This document shows, piece by piece, positions 1 through 6,641 of a stretch of DNA of 21,763 bases. The position numbers and the translations under genes were made by a program. The DNA is from Nitrososphaeraceae archaeon (GTDB lineage Archaea > Thermoproteota > Nitrososphaeria > Nitrososphaerales > Nitrososphaeraceae), in contig JBIOZG010000003.1 in assembly GCA_044870765.1 (NCBI GenBank), positions 1-21,763 of the forward strand, written 5' to 3'. The notes beneath the pieces were generated by a model that was not told where the DNA came from, made no database searches, and was given only the letters and a program-made list of their open reading frames with translations. Position 1 is the first letter of the stretch, and each line of letters opens with the position of its first letter.

Positions 1-792
1 ACCGAGAGTATCGTATCCTATAAACTTGAGAGTGGTAGTTGTGCTGATGGGAATAGGACCTGTATATAATGTACTTGATGATGAAGGAGTGTCTCCGTTA
101 GTGGTATAGTAGATAGCGTCAAGGTCACCAGCGGTAGATGATAATGTTACCAATTGAGACGTTGCAAATGTACCACTCGTTGGTGAAGCAGTAACTGTTG
201 GGCCGATAGTGTCGGCTAGTGCATTTTCACAGTCTATTAGAGTATCCTCTGAGGGATTATAGTCAGTGACTAGGTCCGGGCCATGACCGCAGTCGAATGT
301 ATCTTTACCGGGGCCACCAGTCATTGTATCATTCGCATTTCCACCATTTAAAATATCGTCACCCTTACCACCATCTAAAACATCCTTACCATTTTGGCCG
401 TTAAGAGTATCATCTCCTCCACATCCAAATAAGTGGTCTTCACCATTACCACCATTAATTGTCTCACCATCATCAGTTCCATAAATGGTATCAGATGAAC
501 CAGTTCCTGCTGGAACAGGGAACGAACCCGGACAGGATGTACTAACAGTGACGGTAAGAGAGAAGGAATCAGATGGCGGACTTCCGGATTTGTCGCTTTG
601 AGCAAATGCAACATTCGGAATTAAGGGGAAGAAAGCAGATTCAGGACTTCCAGTCTTGAAAGTTTGAGCAAAGGCATCACTATGACCTTTATGACTATAA
701 AATAGAGGGGACGAAATAGCAGGAGAAATCGCAAGAGAAAACGAAATAATGAAGATAAATAAAAGTGAGGAAATCCGATTAGCTGAAATCAA
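1..792 (-). CDS. Secreted RTX (hemolysin-type Ca2+-binding) repeat protein with a chitobiase/beta-hexosaminidase C-terminal-like (Fn3-associated) domain; 3' end outside window
   Basis: Not in the ORF track; translated by hand from TTG at 792 and open to position 1. MISANRISSLLFIFIISFSLAISPA (signal peptide), then nonapeptide repeats GGNGEDHLF, GCGGDDTLN, GQNGKDVLD, GGKGDDILN, GGNANDTMT, GGPGKDTFD, then PTVTASPTSGTF...IYYTTNGDTPSSSSTLYTGPIPISTTTTLKFIGYD. Start codon uncertain. Confidence 0.85.
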   Translation of the reverse strand, partial: MISANRISSLLFIFIISFSLAISPAISSPLFYSHKGHSDAFAQTFKTGSPESAFFPLIPNVAFAQSDKSGSPPSDSFSLTVTVSTSCPGSFPVPAGTGSSDTIYGTDDGETINGGNGEDHLFGCGGDDTLNGQNGKDVLDGGKGDDILNGGNANDTMTGGPGKDTFDCGHGPDLVTDYNPSEDTLIDCENALADTIGPTVTASPTSGTFATSQLVTLSSTAGDLDAIYYTTNGDTPSSSSTLYTGPIPISTTTTLKFIGYDTLG

Positions 793-1070
793 TAGTCTAA
801 ATTAGTTGTAGTAAGACATATATTAACTTAATAACTAAAACTAGCTAAAATTCTATTATTTGAAGGAATTTTATCGAAAATCTGTTTTACCACTGCCGAA
901 CAACATAGTATTTATTCTCATCATCTAGAAGGTCACATAGATTATGTGTTAAATGCCGATACATTTGCTGACTTTAAATTCCGTATAGTGATTAGAATTA
1001 ACCATCATCTCCTTTCAAGGTTAACTAAGTCAGTTTATGACATACATTTTTTATTCCCAAAATCAGTGTC

Positions 1071-2537
1071 TTATGGTACCAATCTTACTACAAAATTATG
1101 CTTACCAATTTCCATTGGATATGTCATCGGAGAACTGCAGGTATTGAATGATTCGTCATCTAGCGCACACTCAAACTCATAATCATTTGGACCCTCTTCC
1201 TCAAAAGCTTGGGATGTCTCGTTCGCCTGAGCCGAGAATCTAAAGGTTACTTTCTGCGGAACAATCAGGTCATCTGGAGATAAATTGTTACCTGCCTGAT
1301 CCACTGCTGAATCAATGACTACATCCGGCTCCAATATAGGACAATTAATCGTGCCAGTAGCATTATTGTCTGCACCACTGTCGCAAGTATCAGAGACCGG
1401 TGGAGGACAGGCTACGTTAATCATGCTGTTAGTCGTGCCAGTAGCATTATTGTCTGCACCACTGTCGCAAGTATCAGAGACCGGTGTTGTAGTAGGAGCA
1501 CAGCCTTCATTACTGATAGAGGCAATAGTGCCATCAGTACTATTGTCTGCACCAATGTCACATGTTTCAGATGCTGGTGGTGAAGTAGTTGCATTTGTAT
1601 TTGTATTAGCATCAGTAGTATTGGCAATATTATTTGTACTAGTGTCAGTGGAATTGGTATTAGTATCAATATTTGTACTAGTGTCAGTAATAATGGCATT
1701 AATGTTAGTGTCAGGAGCACAACCTTCATCGCTGACAGTCGCAATCATGCCGTCAGCATTGCCTTCTACGTTATTGCCACATGTTTCAGGAATTTGAGCG
1801 TTCTCAGTTTCTTGTTTTAGGTCCACCAGGTTAGAAACAATTCCCGGATCCGTTGTTTCATCATTAATTACATTTTCTAAGATAGTTTGATCACTAATTA
1901 TCTTATCTAGTAGAGTGAATTCTGTGCCATCGGTTTCAGAGTCGGTTTTTTCATCTCGTTTTTCATCATCTTTTTCTTTCTTGTCATTAGATGTTTCTTT
2001 CTTATCATCAGTTACTTGATCATCTGTATCATCGGTTGTTTCTTTTTCATTGCACTTTTGGTCGGTTGTTTCATCGGTTGTTTCATCGGTTGTTTCATCG
2101 GTTGTTTCATCGGTTGTTTCATCGGTTGTTTCATCGGTTGTTTCATCGGTTGTTTCTTTTTCCTTACATTTTTGGTCAACTGTATCATCAGTTATTTTTT
2201 CGTCGGTTGTTTCGTCGGTTGTTTCATCGGTTGTTTCGTCGGTTGTTTCATCGGTTGTTTCGTCGGTTGTTTCGTCGGTTGTTTCGTCGGTTGTTTCATC
2301 GGTTGTTTCGTCGGTTGTTTCGTCGGTTTTATCATCGGTTGTATCATCGGTTGTTTCGTCGTCGCCAGAGTCGTCTTTCTCGTCGTCGCCAGAGTCTCCG
2401 CCGTCACTGTCCGATGATTCTTCTCCTAAGGCCAGAGAGATAACTGTAAAGCCAGGAATCCCATTTTTAATGAATAAAGGATTTAAAGCAATAGAGCTAA
2501 AAATAGCAATTAGAAATATTATAGAAAATTTGTTCAC
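1071..2537 (-). CDS. Secreted/surface protein with acidic TTDE low-complexity region, Cys-pair repeats and C-terminal Ig-like domain
   Basis: 488 aa. Hydrophobic N-terminus, (TTDE)n arrays, four E/D-T-C...C repeats, C-terminal beta-rich segment VTFRFSA...YEFECALDDESFNTCSSPMTY...HNFVVR. Confidence 0.85.
   Translation of the reverse strand: MNKFSIIFLIAIFSSIALNPLFIKNGIPGFTVISLALGEESSDSDGGDSGDDEKDDSGDDETTDDTTDDKTDETTDETTDETTDETTDETTDETTDETTDETTDETTDETTDEKITDDTVDQKCKEKETTDETTDETTDETTDETTDETTDETTDETTDQKCNEKETTDDTDDQVTDDKKETSNDKKEKDDEKRDEKTDSETDGTEFTLLDKIISDQTILENVINDETTDPGIVSNLVDLKQETENAQIPETCGNNVEGNADGMIATVSDEGCAPDTNINAIITDTSTNIDTNTNSTDTSTNNIANTTDANTNTNATTSPPASETCDIGADNSTDGTIASISNEGCAPTTTPVSDTCDSGADNNATGTTNSMINVACPPPVSDTCDSGADNNATGTINCPILEPDVVIDSAVDQAGNNLSPDDLIVPQKVTFRFSAQANETSQAFEEEGPNDYEFECALDDESFNTCSSPMTYPMEIGKHNFVVRLVP
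1349..1486. repeat. 54-bp exact direct repeat (1349-1402 and 1433-1486; period 84 bp) encoding PVSDTCDSGADNNATGT
   Basis: tcgtgccagtagcattattgtctgcaccactgtcgcaagtatcagagaccggtg occurs twice. Confidence 0.9.
2062..2156. repeat. 12-bp coding tandem repeat, block 2 (TTDE)
   Basis: Seven identical ttcatcggttgt units (2070-2153) plus partial flanks. Confidence 0.95.
2199..2360. repeat. 12-bp coding tandem repeat, block 1 (TTDE/TTDD)
   Basis: Ten ttc(g/a)tcggttgt units (2199-2318) followed by about three degenerate units. Confidence 0.95.
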
Positions 2538-2703
2538 TCTTTAGTTTAATAAAAATCAGTTGTTTAAACTTTTTGAAATCCTTTTATAGCTATTGATCTG
2601 AGAAAAGTTTTATTTCTTTGTAATGAATTAATTCTGACACCAAAATTAACAGTGAATGATCTTGAATATCAATTTTGCAAAATCTATTAATTTTCTACCA
2701 TGA

Positions 2704-3456
2704 TTGTGTATGACAGAAACAATTTTAAATAAATATATTTATGCCATGATATTGGAGAAATCTGAATTAGCCTCAAGAGCAAAAAAGTATAGGTACTTCC
2801 TAGCCTCATTGTTCTTGCTTGTCTGTTTGATGTCATTGTTGGTATCCATAAAGTCTCAAGAGGTCCCGACAGAGAATCAAGCGGATGAGACTCACTCTAA
2901 TCAAAATCCAATTTCATTAGCTGTGATTAAAGAATATTCTGAGATACTAGGAGTGGTATTAGAAGCAGCGGTTGTTGTGCTTTTGTTGAAGACTGTGAAA
3001 GATTTTGCAGAATTAGCGAAGGTAAGCAAATTACAGACTGAAGTAAGGTTTAGACCATGGGTTGGGCCAAGTGGTGGATTTGAGTTTTTGCGAGAGGATG
3101 ATAACAAAAAGCAGTACTCTATAGCAATGAAGAATTTCGGAGAAGTTCCTGCATCAAATGTAACAGTAACCTGTACTATCTCAGACACAAAACCACAGAA
3201 ATCGAAACCTATGGAGGATTCTACAATTGATAATAATCAATTTCACATAGGGCCTCTTTTGCCCGGAATGGAAAAGAGATATTGGGTCTTTATAGAAAAC
3301 GAAAGATACAGAAAAACAATGGAAGGAACCTCAAACACATTCATTTTCATTTACTTTTCATATGTATTCTCTGGTGGCAAAAGCGGATACGGTATGATAA
3401 GTCAACTGGACAGTAAGACTAGCAATTTCATTCATAGGGAAATGTGGATAGATTAA
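2704..3456 (+). CDS. Hypothetical membrane protein (about two TM segments plus soluble beta-rich C-terminal domain)
   Basis: 250 aa. Hydrophobic YFLASLFLLVCLMSLLVSI and ILGVVLEAAVVVLLL, then RPWVG...KNFGEVPASNV. True start may be ATG 2710 or 2746. Confidence 0.75.
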   Translation: MCMTETILNKYIYAMILEKSELASRAKKYRYFLASLFLLVCLMSLLVSIKSQEVPTENQADETHSNQNPISLAVIKEYSEILGVVLEAAVVVLLLKTVKDFAELAKVSKLQTEVRFRPWVGPSGGFEFLREDDNKKQYSIAMKNFGEVPASNVTVTCTISDTKPQKSKPMEDSTIDNNQFHIGPLLPGMEKRYWVFIENERYRKTMEGTSNTFIFIYFSYVFSGGKSGYGMISQLDSKTSNFIHREMWID

Positions 3457-3571
3457 TCGGTTATTTCAAAATGGTGGTTAAGAATAAATTCCATCTCATT
3501 AGCCAGGATGGTAGTGAAGCATAAAAGACGTCCACAAATAGGCTTGTACACAGGAGTCTAAATATACTATG

Positions 3572-3579
3572 TTTATATA
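3572..3579 (+). promoter_or_regulatory. Putative archaeal TATA box for the 3602 peptide gene
   Basis: TTTATATA 23-30 nt upstream of ATG 3602. Confidence 0.55.
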
Positions 3580-3601
3580 CTATAATATTAAATCGATATC
3601 T

Positions 3602-3817
3602 ATGTCACAAAATAAAATTTGGATGGCACTTACCATAATTGGAGGATTATTCCTTTTGATTGGCGTGCAAAGTATGGCATACGCACAGATGCCAAATGAT
3701 ACGTCCATGATGGGAAATGCAACAAATGCAACTGGCTGGATGGGAAACGCGACTAATGCAACCAGTGCAGGCAATATGACTGGAAATATTTCTGGTTGTG
3801 CCGATAGAGGCTGTTAG
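3602..3817 (+). CDS. Small secreted peptide precursor, N-x-S/T rich, with C-terminal CADRGC
   Basis: 71 aa from ATG 3602 (track starts at 3569, overlapping the TATA box). Signal peptide ending AYA-Q, MGNATNAT twice, ends TGNISGCADRGC. Confidence 0.8.
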   Translation: MSQNKIWMALTIIGGLFLLIGVQSMAYAQMPNDTSMMGNATNATGWMGNATNATSAGNMTGNISGCADRGC

Positions 3818-3848
3818 TCTAACAGTAGACACAACTACATGAGTTTTG

Positions 3849-5190
3849 ATGTCTAAAAAAAATTTTTTTTTTAACAAGTAATTCTAGTAAAATAATTTCT
3901 GTTTTCTTTTTAGTGATTCTTGCAACACTTGTTATTGAGAACGTAGATTATATCGTTGCAGACTTTATAGTAACATTCAACACATCATCAGCAGGAATTA
4001 TTTTGTTTGTCTTTATATCTGTCGCTTACATACTGGGACAAACCATTTTAATGAAATTCATGAATTCTAGTAGTAGTGCCATAAAGTCAAGATCTATTCT
4101 TATCGCAACTTTACACAGAGCTGTATCAATAGTACAGTACGTACTAGCTGCCAACGTAATTCTGATAATTATTCAGATATTTCTTTTCTCAAGATATTCG
4201 ACTTTTAATTTATTGTTTGTTACTTTTATTAGTAATTTTTTTACTGCGTCTCTTCTTGTCATATTCGCATTAAGTTTCCTATCATGGTATAAAAACAAGA
4301 AACAAAGTATAGGAATCTTACTGTATGCTCTTGCTTTTTTAATCCTTGCCGTATCTGAAGTGGTATCTGGTTCAGGTTCCGCATACTTGCTCTCTCAAAA
4401 GGATCAATGGATTACGCCTACGTCGGAGATTAAATTCAGTGATTTTCCGGATGGGACTTTTTTTGATATTTTCTTCTCATTTTATCGTTATATTGACTAC
4501 TCATCATTCCTATTAGTGCTAATTGCCAGTGCGATATTGCTATATCATTACAGCAAGAAAACTAGTAACCCAAAAATAATATTAATTATTGCATTACCAA
4601 TTTTAGGTTACACGAGTTCAATACTTGATGCACTCCACATACTTAGTGCAGATACAAATCCCAATCTCTTCTATTATTATATCTACATAGCACTAGTTTC
4701 AGCATCAGTAGGTATCCTCTTTGCCTTTTCGTTTTGGATTGTTTCAAAGAAATTGCCTGAAAGTCCTGTCAAAACCTTTCTAAAAATAACTGCTTATGGA
4801 TTTGTTCTTTTGTATTTTTCAAACAACATAAGCGTGACCATTGCCGCATATCCTCCGTTCGGCGTTAATTCCCTTTCGTTACTATCACTTTCGTCCTACT
4901 TTGTCTTGTTTGGCTTATACTCATCTGCCCTGTCTCTCTCTCAGGACTTAACTTTACGTCAACACTTGAGATCTTTGGCGAAAAATGACAATAATTTACT
5001 TTCAAGTATTGGAACCGCTCAAATGGAGTCGGAGGTTAAAAGAGCGGTGGGAGAACTTAAGGATGTAGCAGATGAACACGAAAAGGAATTAGCAGAAAAA
5101 TCAGGAATTGAAACACCGGTACCTGAATCAGAAATCGAAGACTATTTGAAACAAGTTATTGAAGAGGTTGCTAAAACTAGAAAAAAATGA
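3849..5190 (+). CDS. Polytopic (~10 TM) membrane protein with helical cytoplasmic tail; putative sensor/receptor; 5' end frameshifted in an A8T10 tract
   Basis: Track ORF 3913..5190 begins inside a TM helix. Removing one base from the tract at 3855-3872 joins ATG 3849 in frame (MSKKNFFLTSNSSKIISVFFLVILATL). About ten hydrophobic segments, then SQDLTLRQHLR...LLSSIGTAQMESEVKRAV...IEDYLKQVIEEV. Confidence 0.8.
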
Positions 5191-5246
5191 ATAAATGATT
5201 TGCATTGTTTGTTCCCGATAGACATGAGTAAAGGTTACAAGTCCCA

Positions 5247-5621
5247 TTAAAGGTAATCCTTTACGTAACTTGAAATAATATGCTGTATCGCAGACTCAAT
5301 TATTTTTCCATGGTCTGCATCTACTTCCGTGCTGATTAAAAGTAAATGTTCATCTTGCAATGGCAAAGTGATTTGTTTAACCTTTTCATATTCTTCCATG
5401 GCGTATCTTGCTTTGCCAATTCTATCTGCCAGGGTATTATGAAGTCTCCATCTTTGGAGTGTAATTAGGTTTGCTTTTTTGATTTCTTCATCGGTTAGGA
5501 GGCTTTTGATACCATCTCTGAGTCCACCGCTTATTATGTCGCCGGTTTTATCACAAATTCCAACAAAACGCACCTTTGGATCAAGTTCAAGCACATCATT
5601 GCAAAGTTTTTGAAAATCCAT
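5247..5621 (-). CDS. Roadblock/LC7-like (profilin-like fold; DUF6659-like) small protein
   Basis: 124 aa from ATG 5621. LCNDVLELDPKVRFVGICDKTGDIISGG...IGKARYAMEEYEKVKQITLPL...LLLISTE fits the helix, beta-hairpin, helix, three-strand pattern. A minus-strand TATA favours 5621 over 5663. Confidence 0.75.
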   Translation of the reverse strand: MDFQKLCNDVLELDPKVRFVGICDKTGDIISGGLRDGIKSLLTDEEIKKANLITLQRWRLHNTLADRIGKARYAMEEYEKVKQITLPLQDEHLLLISTEVDADHGKIIESAIQHIISSYVKDYL

Positions 5622-5641
5622 ATCGAATTCATTATAGTGAC

Positions 5642-5699
5642 TATTTAAAATACTATACTGCATATATCCATGCGCAAACTAAAATTAGACACCTTTATA
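5642..5699. promoter_or_regulatory. Divergent promoter region with two TATA boxes
   Basis: TTTAAATA on minus (5649-5642), 21-28 nt before ATG 5621; TTTATA on plus (5694-5699), 26-31 nt before ATG 5725. Confidence 0.55.
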
Positions 5700-5724
5700 C
5701 CTCCGGCGCGGAATTTATGGAAAC

Positions 5725-6597
5725 ATGACTAAATGCATCGCTTTCCACTCATATAAGGGAGGCACCGGCAAATCAACCATCAGCTCAAACCTTTCAGCCA
5801 CGCTGGCAAGAAAAGGATTGACGGCCGTCTTACTGGATCTTGATGTCTACGCTCCGAGTCTCCAAGATTACTTCCAATGGCAACCTCAAAAATCAATAAA
5901 TGACTATCTCTTTGAAAATGCCACTGTTGAGGAGGTAATACACGATTTAACTCCGGTTTTAAACAAATTTCCATCTAATAATGGTGAGCAATCTGATTCA
6001 AAAGGAAAGCTATTGGTAGCATTTTCTAGTACGTCAAAAGACGAAATATACAAGCTTGATGGTGCAGTAAGGCAAGAAGGTTCCAAGATACAATTATTAC
6101 GAAAATTTCTAATGTTAAGAGAAGAGATTGTTTCTAAGTATAATGCAGATTTTATTATAATTGACACAAGTCCCGGTATAAGGTATTGGTCTATCAATTC
6201 TCTTGCCATTGCAGACACAATTCTTCTTTCCCTAAAGCTAGACGGTATAGATCTCAAAGGAACCCGCTTGCTCGCCAAGGAAATTTATGACAGCCTGACG
6301 AAGCTTGGAACTAAATCATATTTGCTTTTGAATAGAGCCGCGGGGTATTGTTTGCCCCCTAATCTGTCCGGTGAAAATAATTCCTCCAATCAAGAATTAT
6401 ACAAAACTACAGTAGACAATCAGAGTACAGTAATTTCTAAACTTAGTGCAGACATTAGTATGGATACAATACTTTCGATTCCCTGTTATTGCGATATCCA
6501 ATTTGATAGTAATGAATTTTTGACAGCGTTAAGATATCCCGATCATCCGTTTGCAGGTAAGATTGATGCACTTATTGAACAACTTAAAAAAATTTAG
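5725..6597 (+). CDS. MinD/ParA family ATPase
   Basis: Deviant Walker A SYKGGTGKST, switch I LLDLD, Walker B IIIDTSPG, LLLNR. Confidence 0.92.
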   Translation: MTKCIAFHSYKGGTGKSTISSNLSATLARKGLTAVLLDLDVYAPSLQDYFQWQPQKSINDYLFENATVEEVIHDLTPVLNKFPSNNGEQSDSKGKLLVAFSSTSKDEIYKLDGAVRQEGSKIQLLRKFLMLREEIVSKYNADFIIIDTSPGIRYWSINSLAIADTILLSLKLDGIDLKGTRLLAKEIYDSLTKLGTKSYLLLNRAAGYCLPPNLSGENNSSNQELYKTTVDNQSTVISKLSADISMDTILSIPCYCDIQFDSNEFLTALRYPDHPFAGKIDALIEQLKKI

Positions 6598-6641
6598 AGG
6601 AAAATTTAAAAAATCGAGGCCACTCAAGATGAATCAATATA

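Noticed and set aside
375-614. Track ORF of 79 aa
   Set aside because: Alternative frame inside the RTX gene 1..792.
2062-2360. Repeat arrays as CRISPR
   Set aside because: Head-to-tail 12-mers without spacers, in frame within a CDS, and no cas genes.
1991-2544. Long ORFs 1991..2443, 2016..2417, 2050..2544 and 2192..2407
   Set aside because: Stop-free shadow frames of the 12-bp TTDE repeat; only 1071..2537 has a signal peptide and coherent domains.
5725-6597. Cell-division minD or partition parA assignment
   Set aside because: No minC/minE, parB or parS context; left at family level.
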